A stretch of DNA of 34,591 bases. Source: a virus. Its lineage: Duplodnaviria; Caudoviricetes. Within the stretch, counting starts at the first letter, position 1. Every line of letters starts with the position of its first letter. Made by a program: the position numbers and the translations under genes. The notes under the pieces were generated by a model, which worked only from the letters and a program-made list of their open reading frames with translations, did not search any database and was not told where the DNA came from. Location of the stretch: the IMG/VR virus record IMGVR_UViG_3300032277_000037, positions 1 to 34,591 of that record; one strand, given 5' to 3'. Shown piece after piece: positions 6,459-15,236 of this stretch.

Positions 6459-8927
6459 ATGGCTATCGAAAAAGGAATGTATTCCGCCCCAATGGGTTTG
6501 GAAGACGAAGAAATGGAAGTAGAAGGTCAAGAACTTGACCTAGAGATCGAGATTGTGGACCCAGAGTCCGTGACTCTTGCGAACGGGGACATGGAGATCA
6601 CTCTGATACCCGACGCCGACGAGACCGACATAGTGGAGTTTGACGCTAACCTCGCGGACGTCATGGAAGAAGGTGACCTGCAGGAGCTGTCTGACGACCT
6701 CGTGGGTCTAATCGAGGCCGATATGGACAGTCGGAAGGACTGGGTGGACTCATACGTACAGGGTCTGGACGTGCTTGGGTTCAAATATGAGGAACGTACG
6801 CAGCCGTGGGAAGGTGCCTGTGGGGTGTTCTCCACAATTCTCGCTGAAGCAGCCATACGGTTCCAAGCTGAGGCCATGTCAGAGACGTTTCCAGCCGCAG
6901 GACCAGTGAAAGTTAAGATTCTCGGCAGCGAGAATAAAGAGAAGATCGAGGCAGCGCAGCGCGTCAAGGCCGATATGAACTACGAGATCACCGAGCGGAT
7001 GGTCGAGTATCGGTCTGAACACGAGCGGATGCTCTACAGCCTTGGTTTGGCCGGTTCCGCGTTCAAAAAAGTGTACTTCGACCCGAATATGGGCCGTCAA
7101 GTGTCTATCTACATCCCCGCAGAGGACGTGATTGTGCCGTATGGCGCCAGTCACCTAGAGACAGCCGAGCGCGTTACGCATGTTATGCGTAAAACTAAGA
7201 ACGAGATGGCTAAACTGCAGGCTGGTGGGTTCTACCGCGACGTAGATTTGGGTGATCCTGCCCCTTACCACTCCGATATTGAAGAGAAGAAGGCTGAAGA
7301 GGGTGGATTTAACCTAACTGACGACAATCGGTACGCTCTATACGAGTGTCATGTGGAGATGAACGTCCCCGGAGTCGACGATGAGGACGAATTGCCTAAG
7401 CCGTACGTCGTTACGATTGAGCGCGGGTCAGGTGAGGTCCTCGCGGTACGCCGTAACTATGACGAAGAAGACACACTACGCCTAAAAAACCAATTCTTCG
7501 TGCATTATCCCTATGTTCCGGGCTTTGGCTTCTATGGTTTGGGCCTGATTCACATCATCGGGGGGTATTCTCGCGCAGGAACAGCCCTTATCCGCCAGTT
7601 GGTGGACGCAGGCACACTGTCGAACCTACCGGGAGGCTTGAAAACACGTGGCTTGCGCATCAAAGGCGATGATTCGCCTATCGAGCCGGGTGAGTTTAAG
7701 GATGTAGACGTTCCATCTGGTAGCATTCGTGATAATATCATGACGCTGCCGTACAAAGAGCCGTCCCAAACACTCCTTACGTTGTTAGACCGTATTACAC
7801 AGGAAGGACGCCGCCTCGGGGCTATCTCTGACCTGAATATCTCGGATATGTCGGCAAACGCGCCTGTTGGCACCACACTGGCACTGCTCGAGCGTACCCT
7901 GAAGCCGATGGCAGCGGTCCAAGCACGCGTCCACTACGCGATGAAGCAGGAGTTTAAGCTCCTCAAGGCTATTATCGCCGAGCACGCCCCCACAGAGTAC
8001 TCCTACGTGCCTGAGAGAGGCGAGGTGACTGCTCGTCAAATGGACTATATGATGGTGGATGTAATCCCTGTCAGCGATCCTAACAGCTCTACAATGGCGC
8101 AGCGGGTGGTCCAGTACCAAGCAGTGCTTCAGATGGCTCAGCAGGCGCCTCAGATTTATGATCTGCCTATGCTGCATCGTGAGATGATGGAGGTCTTGGG
8201 GATCAAGAACGCGGATAAGATTGTCCCAACCCGCGAAGATGCGAAGCCTACAGACCCAATCAGCGAGAACATGGACGCGTTGATCGGCAAGCCGATGAAA
8301 GCGTTTATCTATCAGGACCACGAAGCGCACATTGCTACGCACACAGCGTTCTTGCAGGACCCCATGATCGCCCAGATGATCGGGCAAAACCCGCAGGCAA
8401 AGCAGATTCTGGCGTCTCTACAGGCCCACATCGCCGAGCACCTTGGCTTCCAGTATCGCCAACAGATCGAAGAACGTCTTGGCGCACCGCTACCAGCACC
8501 AAACGAAGAGATGCCGGAAGAAGTCGAAGTTCAACTGTCACGTCTGGTTGCTGATGCTGGTAAACAGCTTACGCAGGCACATCAGCAGCAAGCTGCGCAG
8601 AAAAAGGCGCAAGAGCAGGCTAAAGACCCACTCATCCAGATGCAGCAGGCTGAGCTCCAGATCAAAGCGCAGGAAGTACAGCGTAAGTCCCAGAAAGACC
8701 AAACAGACGCTGCGTTGCGCAATGAGCAACTTAAACTACAGAAAGCGAAAGCCGCCGCAGATGCTATGATTAAGGCTGAAGAGCTTAACGTAGACAAAAC
8801 TGAACTCGCCATCGACGCCGAAGTAAAAGGTGTGGAGATGGACCGGGCGCGCCGCGAGGCGCAAGTCAAGACCGCCGTAGAAATGGCGAAATTGACACAG
8901 CAAAAACCTAGAGGAGAGGGTAAATAA
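6459..8927 (+). CDS. Portal protein with long Gln-rich helical C-terminus (P22-like barrel), 822 aa
   Basis: Position after TerL, size, GSAFKKVYFD and PGFGFYGLG motifs, coiled-coil tail. Confidence 0.9.
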   Translation: MAIEKGMYSAPMGLEDEEMEVEGQELDLEIEIVDPESVTLANGDMEITLIPDADETDIVEFDANLADVMEEGDLQELSDDLVGLIEADMDSRKDWVDSYVQGLDVLGFKYEERTQPWEGACGVFSTILAEAAIRFQAEAMSETFPAAGPVKVKILGSENKEKIEAAQRVKADMNYEITERMVEYRSEHERMLYSLGLAGSAFKKVYFDPNMGRQVSIYIPAEDVIVPYGASHLETAERVTHVMRKTKNEMAKLQAGGFYRDVDLGDPAPYHSDIEEKKAEEGGFNLTDDNRYALYECHVEMNVPGVDDEDELPKPYVVTIERGSGEVLAVRRNYDEEDTLRLKNQFFVHYPYVPGFGFYGLGLIHIIGGYSRAGTALIRQLVDAGTLSNLPGGLKTRGLRIKGDDSPIEPGEFKDVDVPSGSIRDNIMTLPYKEPSQTLLTLLDRITQEGRRLGAISDLNISDMSANAPVGTTLALLERTLKPMAAVQARVHYAMKQEFKLLKAIIAEHAPTEYSYVPERGEVTARQMDYMMVDVIPVSDPNSSTMAQRVVQYQAVLQMAQQAPQIYDLPMLHREMMEVLGIKNADKIVPTREDAKPTDPISENMDALIGKPMKAFIYQDHEAHIATHTAFLQDPMIAQMIGQNPQAKQILASLQAHIAEHLGFQYRQQIEERLGAPLPAPNEEMPEEVEVQLSRLVADAGKQLTQAHQQQAAQKKAQEQAKDPLIQMQQAELQIKAQEVQRKSQKDQTDAALRNEQLKLQKAKAAADAMIKAEELNVDKTELAIDAEVKGVEMDRARREAQVKTAVEMAKLTQQKPRGEGK

Positions 8928-8930
8928 CCT

Positions 8931-9128
8931 ATGGCAAAAACCGTCTTTGACGTGCTTACAAATAACATCGACGAGCAAATCTCGTCTGCACAGCGTTTTC
9001 TATCCGGGGGGTCTCCTAAAGACTACGCCGAGTATAGGGAAGTTGTTGGCTTAATTCGGGGTCTCGAAGCCAGCAAATCTTACATCGAAGACCTCTCGCG
9101 CAACTATATGGATGACAACGATGACTAA
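8931..9128 (+). CDS. Small helical protein, 65 aa
   Basis: GAGG SD; fills the gap between portal and GroES; helical hairpin YAEYREVVGLIRGL. Confidence 0.75.
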   Translation: MAKTVFDVLTNNIDEQISSAQRFLSGGSPKDYAEYREVVGLIRGLEASKSYIEDLSRNYMDDNDD

Positions 9129-9498
9129 AGCAGCAGTTAAAATCAACGAAGAACAAGAGTTTGAACAACAACTCCCTAAACCAGTAGGCTACCGCCTGCT
9201 CATCGCTTTGCCGCAGGTCGCGGACACTTATGAGGGGACAAGTATCCTCAAAACCGACTCTGAACGTGGCAGAGACCACATCATGTCTATCATTGGTTTG
9301 GTCGTGGATATGGGTAATGATGCCTATGGGGATGAAGCACGGTTCCCTGATGGCCCTTGGTGTAAACAAGGTGATTATGTGATGTTCCGCATGAACTCAG
9401 GCACTCGGTTTACTATTGGGGGTACTGAGTATCGTTTGATGAATGACGATTCGATTGAGGCAGTCGTGGCTGATCCTCGGGGTATCACACGCGCATAG
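9121..9498 (+). CDS. groES: GroES/Cpn10-like co-chaperonin
   Basis: LPKPVGYRLLI, GLVVDMG, KQGDYVMF and EYRLMNDDSIEAVV follow the Cpn10 strand pattern; start 9112 or 9121. Confidence 0.85.
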   Translation: MTKAAVKINEEQEFEQQLPKPVGYRLLIALPQVADTYEGTSILKTDSERGRDHIMSIIGLVVDMGNDAYGDEARFPDGPWCKQGDYVMFRMNSGTRFTIGGTEYRLMNDDSIEAVVADPRGITRA

Positions 9499-9509
9499 GG
9501 AGATGCACA

Positions 9510-10574
9510 ATGCCGTTTCAAAAAGTAGAATACGAATTTCCTGATGATAAGGAAGAAACAGTGGACATTGAGATTGAACCCTCGTCCGCTGAACCAATGA
9601 ACCGTTCTGGCAAAGCTAAAAAGAACGAAGTCGAAGTAGACGTGGAAGATACGCCAAAGACAAAGGCTAAGAAGCCCGCTGACGACGATGATGACTTTGA
9701 CGTAGACATCGTTGACGATACGCCGAAAGCAGATCGTGGCCGGAAGCCGTCTGACCCACCTGAAGAAGTTACTGATGAGGAACTGGAAGATTATTCCGAC
9801 AAGGTTCGTAAACGCATCAAGCACTTCAGCAAGGGGTACCACGACGAGCGTCGGGCAAAAGAAGAAGCGTTCCGTGCCAGAGAAGAGTTAGAGCGGGTAA
9901 CTCAGCAGTTACTTGAAGAGAATAAAAAGCTCAAAACAAGTAGCACAAAGAGTCAAACGGCTCTTATCTCACAGGCAAAGAAAAATGCAGAGACGCAGCT
10001 AAGTTCTGCTAAAACCGCCTATAAAACCGCCTATGACTCTGGAGACGCAGATGCTGTGCTCGAAGCGCAAGAAAAGCTCTCCGATGCTAAGTCTAAACTC
10101 GATAGGTTAGCAAACATCAAGGTACCAACTTTACAGGAAGACGAAACGCCTGTACAATCGGCACCAGAAGCATCTACACCCGCCCCGGCTCCACAGGTCG
10201 ATAAGCGTGCCATGGATTGGAAAGACGCCAACCCTTGGTTCGGTTCAGACGATGAGATGACGAGTTTTGCGCTGGGGCTGCATAATAAACTCGTCAAAGA
10301 GGGCATCAGCCCTCAAGAGAGTCAATACTACGAGAAGATTAATTCTCGTATGCGTCAGGTCTTCCCAGATCAGTTCGAGGGGGACGAAACAGAAGTCGAG
10401 GTGGCCCCGGAGCCGAAGCGTAAAGCACAGGTTGTGGCATCAGCAACGCGCAGTACTGCGCCGAAGAAGGTGACACTAACTAGAACCCAAGTGCAGATCG
10501 CGAAGAGGCTTGGACTTACCCCGCAACAGTACGCCAAACAGGTTGCATTAGACATGAGGAAACAAAATGGCTGA
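9510..10574 (+). CDS. Probable capsid scaffolding protein, 354 aa
   Basis: Acidic N-terminus, central coiled coil, NPWFG motif and C-terminal QIAKRLGLTPQQYAK helix; lies between portal and capsid genes. Confidence 0.75.
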   Translation: MPFQKVEYEFPDDKEETVDIEIEPSSAEPMNRSGKAKKNEVEVDVEDTPKTKAKKPADDDDDFDVDIVDDTPKADRGRKPSDPPEEVTDEELEDYSDKVRKRIKHFSKGYHDERRAKEEAFRAREELERVTQQLLEENKKLKTSSTKSQTALISQAKKNAETQLSSAKTAYKTAYDSGDADAVLEAQEKLSDAKSKLDRLANIKVPTLQEDETPVQSAPEASTPAPAPQVDKRAMDWKDANPWFGSDDEMTSFALGLHNKLVKEGISPQESQYYEKINSRMRQVFPDQFEGDETEVEVAPEPKRKAQVVASATRSTAPKKVTLTRTQVQIAKRLGLTPQQYAKQVALDMRKQNG

Positions 10575-11016
10575 GAATCGTATCAACCGTGAGCTTGAGA
10601 CTCGCGATAAAAACGTCCGTAAACGGAGCTGGCAGCGCCCGGAAACACTTCCATCGCCGACTCCTGAAGATGGGTACGCATATCACTGGGTTCGCGTAAG
10701 CACCCAAGGTCAAGCCGACGCCACTAACGTTTCTTCAAAATTGCGTGAAGGTTGGGAACCCGTGAAAGCGGCAGATCACCCAGAAATTACCATGGTTACA
10801 ATCGAAAACGAACGGTTTGCTGATAACGTGGTGATTGGTGGGCTTATGCTGTGTAAGGCACCTACAGAGTTGGTTGAGGAGCGTACGGAATACTACGATA
10901 CTCAAACTAAGTCTCAGATGCACTCGGTGGACAACAACTTCATGCGTGAGAACGATCCTCGTATGCCGCTCTTTAACGAGCGTAAGACGAAGGTCACATT
11001 TGGTAACGGAACTTAA
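10567..11016 (+). CDS. Conserved head-module protein, 149 aa
   Basis: GAGG SD; overlaps the scaffold stop; YHWVR...LREGWEPV...GGLMLCK motifs. Confidence 0.75.
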   Translation: MAENRINRELETRDKNVRKRSWQRPETLPSPTPEDGYAYHWVRVSTQGQADATNVSSKLREGWEPVKAADHPEITMVTIENERFADNVVIGGLMLCKAPTELVEERTEYYDTQTKSQMHSVDNNFMRENDPRMPLFNERKTKVTFGNGT

Positions 11017-11028
11017 TAGGAGCTGAAG

Positions 11029-11625
11029 ATGGCTTATCCTACTGTTAGCGGACCTTACGGTCTGGTTCCGGTGAAACTGTTGAGCGGGACCCCTTTTGTA
11101 GGGGGTGTATATCGTTCGATGAAGATTGCTAGTGGTTATAACACTACGATTTTCTTCGGGGATGCCGTGAAAATTGTCACCGGTGGTACTGTCGAGCGTG
11201 ATACGTTTGACGCCGCAATGACACCTGTTGGTGTCTTCATGGGCTGCAAATACACTGATCCAAACTTGGGTTATGAATTGTACAGCCAGCAATTCCCAGC
11301 GAACACTGCAGCAGACGACATCGTCGCCTACGTTGCAGACGCAACTGACCTGTTGTTCAAAGCCGCCGTCGTATCTTCGGGTACAACAATCGGTGACTTG
11401 GCTCTGACAGACATCGGTGCGAACGTCGCTGGCGTAGACAACACAGGTGATTCTACTTCGGGTAACTCCCGTGGCGCGATCTCCGATACGTCTGCAACAA
11501 CAAACACTCTGCCTTTCCGCATCGTTGGTCTGGTCGAGGAAACGAAAAACAGCTCGGGTGGTTACACTGAGGCCTACGTTAAATGGAACGCAGGTCACCA
11601 GTATAACAACACGACTGGCGTATAA
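11029..11625 (+). CDS. Probable capsid decoration/cement protein, 198 aa
   Basis: AGGAG SD; beta-rich and Gly/Thr-rich; PYGLVPV and IFFGDAV motifs; immediately before the MCP. Confidence 0.65.
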   Translation: MAYPTVSGPYGLVPVKLLSGTPFVGGVYRSMKIASGYNTTIFFGDAVKIVTGGTVERDTFDAAMTPVGVFMGCKYTDPNLGYELYSQQFPANTAADDIVAYVADATDLLFKAAVVSSGTTIGDLALTDIGANVAGVDNTGDSTSGNSRGAISDTSATTNTLPFRIVGLVEETKNSSGGYTEAYVKWNAGHQYNNTTGV

Positions 11626-11638
11626 GGAGTGATGTAAC

Positions 11639-12547
11639 ATGGCTATTTCACGCGCCCAGCTACTTAAAGAACTCCTTCCCGGACTGAACGCTCTGTTCGG
11701 CATGGAGTACGCAAAATATGGCGAAGAGCACGCTGAAATCTTCGAAACCGAGTCGTCAGACCGGTCATTTGAAGAGGAAACCAAATTATCCGGTTTCTCA
11801 GCAGCGCCTGTTAAAGGTGAAGGTTCTGCGATTGAGTATGACAATGCTCAAGAAGCATGGACTGCTCGCTATACACACGAAACCGTCGCGATGGGCTTCT
11901 CAATCACTGAGGAAGCTATCGAGGATAACCTGTATGACTCTCTGTCAGCTCGTTATACGAAAGCGTTGGCTCGTGCTATGGCGTATACCAAGCAGGTTAA
12001 AGCCGCTTCGATCCTGAACAATGCGTTTGCTGCCGGTACCACATACGGTGACGGTAAAGCGCTTTGTGCAACGGACCACCCACTCGTGTCTGGCGGAACT
12101 AACTCGAACCGCCCAACAGTCGCTTCTGACCTTAACGAGACTTCGCTTGAAGCCGCCGTTATTCAGATCAGCCAGTGGACTGACGAGCGTGGCTTGCTTA
12201 TCGCTGCTCAGCCGCGTAAGTTGGTTATTCCGCCTGCACTGCAGTTCGTGGCAACACGCTTGTTGGAGACAGAAGGCCGTGTCGGTACCGCCGATAACGA
12301 CCTGAACGCACTCCGCAGCAACGGGTCGATCCCTGAAGGCTACACCGTTAATCACTATCTGACAGACACCAATGCTTGGTTCTTGATGACAGATATTCCT
12401 AACGGTCTGAAGCACTTCACACGTGCTCCAATGGCTACTTCAATGGACGCAGACTTCGACACAGGTAACAGCCGCTATAAAGCGCGCGAACGTTACTCGT
12501 TTGGTGTCTCTGATCCATTGGGTATCTTCGGGTCACCGGGGGCCTAA
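11639..12547 (+). CDS. Major capsid protein (HK97 fold, Mu gpT-like family), 302 aa
   Basis: AAGGAG SD; MAISRAQLLKELLPGL, PRKLVIPPAL and RYKARERYSFG motifs; followed by a terminator. Confidence 0.92.
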   Translation: MAISRAQLLKELLPGLNALFGMEYAKYGEEHAEIFETESSDRSFEEETKLSGFSAAPVKGEGSAIEYDNAQEAWTARYTHETVAMGFSITEEAIEDNLYDSLSARYTKALARAMAYTKQVKAASILNNAFAAGTTYGDGKALCATDHPLVSGGTNSNRPTVASDLNETSLEAAVIQISQWTDERGLLIAAQPRKLVIPPALQFVATRLLETEGRVGTADNDLNALRSNGSIPEGYTVNHYLTDTNAWFLMTDIPNGLKHFTRAPMATSMDADFDTGNSRYKARERYSFGVSDPLGIFGSPGA

Positions 12548-12578
12548 CGTGCTCCCTCATGCGGCCTCCGCGTGAGCT

Positions 12579-12611
12579 GAAAGGGGTTACTTCGGTGACC
12601 CCTTTCTTTTT
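12579..12611 (+). terminator. Rho-independent terminator after the MCP
   Basis: GAAAGGGGUUAC-UUCG-GUGACCCCUUUC-UUUUU with a cUUCGg tetraloop. Confidence 0.9.
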
Positions 12612-12637
12612 GTTTATTGCTGGTGTATTCTGTTGGC

Positions 12638-12721
12638 ACTAGGGCAAACATCAGCTTTGTAGACAGGTTACCGCCCTCCTGACGTTGCATAGACTACAAA
12701 GCGAATCCTTATGCAAAGGGT
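12638..12721 (+). ncRNA. Structured RNA element, candidate Mu-gpT-DE-like motif
   Basis: 9-bp stem 12654-62/12694-702, inner stem 12664-67/12678-81, pseudoknot pairings 12685-91/12710-16 and 12641-45/12673-77; directly downstream of a Mu gpT-like capsid gene. Confidence 0.55.
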
Positions 12722-12727
12722 ACTAAA

Positions 12728-12952
12728 ATGGCTTCTACTACATTTTCAGGTCCAGTGACCTCAACCGCTGGTTTTATTGGCGATATCAAAGTTCCAACAT
12801 ACACAGTTGCAAGCGCCCCATCCGCTTCCGATGCTGGTGCTGGTACGCTTGTGTACGTTTCAAATGGCGCTGCTGGCGCTGCAATCTTGGCCTTCTCTAA
12901 TGGCACAGACTGGAAGCGTTCGGACACAGGTGCCACAATCGCAGCAGCGTAA
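12728..12952 (+). CDS. Small virion protein (head fibre/decoration-like), 74 aa
   Basis: MASTTFSGPV start; PSAS...GTLVYVSNG...LAFSNGTDW is a typical small trimeric fibre module. Confidence 0.7.
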   Translation: MASTTFSGPVTSTAGFIGDIKVPTYTVASAPSASDAGAGTLVYVSNGAAGAAILAFSNGTDWKRSDTGATIAAA

Positions 12953-12963
12953 GGAGCTAGGTT

Positions 12964-13170
12964 ATGAGTAGATTCAAACCAGCTTCTGCGGAAGAGCTAG
13001 CACGTCGCGGACTCAACGCTGATGGTTCTCCCATCAAAACAACTCCTGTCCGTGCTCGAAATGATGATGGTACGCTTAAAGCAGACGACCCTTCTACGCC
13101 TAATGTAAATGAGGCGTGGGAAACAAAACCTGCTAAGAAGCGTAGCCGTCCTTCAAAAAAGAAGGGATAA
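12964..13170 (+). CDS. Small basic protein, 68 aa
   Basis: AAGGAG SD; RARNDDGTLKADDPSTPNVNEAW motif seen in marine phage small proteins. Confidence 0.75.
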   Translation: MSRFKPASAEELARRGLNADGSPIKTTPVRARNDDGTLKADDPSTPNVNEAWETKPAKKRSRPSKKKG

Positions 13171-13173
13171 CGG

Positions 13174-13452
13174 ATGTCTAATTCAGACGTACAGTCGAAA
13201 CGAGTTACCGCGGCAGCATCCTTGGGTGTAGGTCCAGCACGTATCCGGCAGGTTCAGGTGCTGACTACAGCAGGTGGCGCGGGTCGTCTTACCATCACCG
13301 ATGGTTCTGGTGGCCGTACTGTGCTTGATCTTGACTTCCTAGCTTCAGATTCTCACTCCGTTAACATCCCAGATTGGGGTCTTCGGTGTCAGGATGATGT
13401 ACTTATCACGGCGATGACTAACATCAGCGCCATGACAGTATTCTATAGCTAG
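13174..13452 (+). CDS. Small beta-sandwich virion protein, 92 aa
   Basis: Alternating beta-strand pattern; tightly packed in the head module. Confidence 0.7.
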   Translation: MSNSDVQSKRVTAAASLGVGPARIRQVQVLTTAGGAGRLTITDGSGGRTVLDLDFLASDSHSVNIPDWGLRCQDDVLITAMTNISAMTVFYS

Positions 13453-13461
13453 GGTGGCGCT

Positions 13462-13770
13462 ATGCGGTGTTACTACAAAAAAGGCGGGGGCGTAAAATCT
13501 CCCGCTTGGCAGCGTAAAGAGGGTAAGAGCGAGTCTGGTGGCTTGAACAAAAAGGGTGTGGAAAGCTACCGAAAAGCCAACCCCGGAAGCAAGCTGAAGA
13601 CCGCTGTTACTACCAAGCCGAGTAAGCTCAAGAAGGGTTCCAAGGCCGCTAACCGTCGGAAGTCTTTTTGCGCCCGTATGAAGGGCATGAAGAAGCGCAA
13701 TACAAGCGCAAAAACCGCGAACGATCCCGATAGTCGTATAAATAAGAGCTTACGGAAGTGGAATTGTTAG
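13462..13770 (+). CDS. Very basic protein (KSFCARM family, DUF6321-like), 102 aa
   Basis: GGLNKKG...RRKSFCARMKG...SLRKWNC; N-terminal YYKKGG; family label from memory. Confidence 0.75.
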   Translation: MRCYYKKGGGVKSPAWQRKEGKSESGGLNKKGVESYRKANPGSKLKTAVTTKPSKLKKGSKAANRRKSFCARMKGMKKRNTSAKTANDPDSRINKSLRKWNC

Positions 13771-13896
13771 ATGGCTATTAGTCGTACGCAGATGAAGAAA
13801 CAAATCCAATCGCCTCCTTCTAAGCTATCGCAGCAGCGAAAAAAGGCGGCAGCGAAAAAACGAAAAAAGGAACTTAATGCCTTATCTAACAAGTAG
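13771..13896 (+). CDS. 41-aa basic peptide MAISRTQMKKQIQSPPSKLSQQRKKAAAKKRKKELNALSNK
   Basis: Hand translated. Starts on the base after the previous stop and fills the gap; N-terminus resembles the MCP N-terminus. Confidence 0.65.
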   Translation: MAISRTQMKKQIQSPPSKLSQQRKKAAAKKRKKELNALSNK

Positions 13897-14566
13897 TATT
13901 CCGTATTTCAAAGCATGGGTGCGGAGGGAGTATACGAAAAATTTAGAAGGTTATCACGGGGAGTTTTTACACGCCATGGTCGTCGCCGTAACTACAATGC
14001 CTAATCGGACGTTGAGCTTCCAAGTGATATTCACTGGGTGCGAGTCTGATGACACAGATGAACCTAATGTTCATGGTGGGGCCATGTGGGCACGTCTACC
14101 GCTTACGGCGCTTGTTGCCGATACTCCGCTTGAAGAATGGCCTACAGAGCTTCCAGCCTATCTAGCGCAGCCTTGGGACTGCATGTCTCATACTCACAGT
14201 GTGTATAAGATAGAACGCGCGTCTCCTGCGCCGTGGATAGCTAAAGTAGATGGTGAGTTTTACCCCGCCAAGTATTATTTTACCGTAGATTACACTGATA
14301 ATGAAGTGGCTGACGACCCAGCGCAGCATAAGCAAAGCCACGTGCTTGAACTGCTAGATGCTGGAGAGTATACAGGTAACATAGTAGCACTACCAAATAA
14401 CCGGGTTCGCGTTACGCACCCTGCGTGGTTTGAAACAGGCCAAGGTGCCCCAGACTTCAAGCCAAACCAACATTCGTACGGTTCTAAAGAAGACGTAGAT
14501 TACGTCTGGGATACAGACCGCGTATTTAACAACCTATATAAGGATGCCAACAATGATGAGACCTAG
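13877..14566 (+). CDS. Conserved phage protein of unknown function, 229 aa
   Basis: AAGGA SD; globular and aromatic-rich (GGAMWARLP, QPWDC, HKQSHV, ALPNNRVR). Confidence 0.8.
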   Translation: MPYLTSSIPYFKAWVRREYTKNLEGYHGEFLHAMVVAVTTMPNRTLSFQVIFTGCESDDTDEPNVHGGAMWARLPLTALVADTPLEEWPTELPAYLAQPWDCMSHTHSVYKIERASPAPWIAKVDGEFYPAKYYFTVDYTDNEVADDPAQHKQSHVLELLDAGEYTGNIVALPNNRVRVTHPAWFETGQGAPDFKPNQHSYGSKEDVDYVWDTDRVFNNLYKDANNDET

Positions 14567-14894
14567 AGCACGCCCCGAGGATATGATGAAGAAAAAGAAA
14601 AAGAAAACCGCTGCACCCGAAAAGTCCATACGCCCTAGAGCACGTCCTGAGATGATTGGTAATACTCCCGGTAGCCAAGGCACCCGTGGCATTGACCCCA
14701 AAGAAAATTATAGCCCTGAAGACTTTGAGCGCCTCACAGGCGGCATGAAAGCTGGCGGCATGATGAAGAAAAAAGGCTATGCCAAAGGTGGCATGATGAA
14801 GAAGGGCTACAAAAAAGGCGGTAAGGTTCGCGGCGCAGGCATGGCGAAGCAAGGTGTTCGCGCTGCCAAAATGGTAACAATGAAAGGCGCGTAA
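14553..14894 (+). CDS. Basic Lys/Gly/Met-rich protein with repeated (M/Y)(K/A)(A/K)GG motifs
   Basis: Start ATG 14553 (AGGA SD; track uses 14544); RPRARPE twice; ends KKGGKVRGAGMAKQGVRAAKMVTMKGA. Confidence 0.75.
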   Translation: MMRPRARPEDMMKKKKKKTAAPEKSIRPRARPEMIGNTPGSQGTRGIDPKENYSPEDFERLTGGMKAGGMMKKKGYAKGGMMKKGYKKGGKVRGAGMAKQGVRAAKMVTMKGA

Positions 14895-15230
14895 TATGGC
14901 AAAACGTCCTAATAGAAATAAAAAGGTTGATACATCATCAACCCTTGATCAAGGTGGGGTAACCCCCCTTAGAGCCTTGGCCGTAGCTTTGTACAATCGA
15001 GGCGAGAGGAAAGAAGACCGTAAGTATCAGGAATCTCTTGAAGACATGGGTATGTTTGAGGAGGGTGGCGGAAGAGCCAATGTCTCATCGTCTAAAGATA
15101 AAATGTATATGGCCCCACCAAAGGACATGCGTAAGAAGTCTGGTGGCATGGTGAAGAAGGGCTACAAAAAAGGCGGTAAGGTTCGCGGCGCAGGCATCGC
15201 TCGTAAGGGTGTTCGCGCAGCTAAAATGGT
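14787..15230 (+). repeat. 89-bp duplication shared by the 3' ends of two adjacent genes (14787-14875 and 15142-15230)
   Basis: The first ~56 bp are nearly identical (GGTGGCATG[A/G]TGAAGAAGGGCTACAAAAAAGGCGGTAAGGTTCGCGGCGCAGGCAT). Confidence 0.85.
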
Positions 15231-15234
15231 GTAA
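14896..15234 (+). CDS. Basic protein sharing the KKGGKVRGAG C-terminus, 112 aa
   Basis: Starts 1 nt after the previous stop; paralogous C-terminal 30 aa. Confidence 0.75.
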   Translation: MAKRPNRNKKVDTSSTLDQGGVTPLRALAVALYNRGERKEDRKYQESLEDMGMFEEGGGRANVSSSKDKMYMAPPKDMRKKSGGMVKKGYKKGGKVRGAGIARKGVRAAKMV

Positions 15235-15236
15235 TC

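Noticed and set aside
10735-11844. 369-aa minus-strand ORF
   Set aside because: Antisense to three well-supported head genes; no recognisable motifs.
12654-12716. Hammerhead ribozyme or SAM-II riboswitch
   Set aside because: CUGACGU does not match CUGANGA and there is no GAAA core; the SAM-II conserved nucleotides are not evident.
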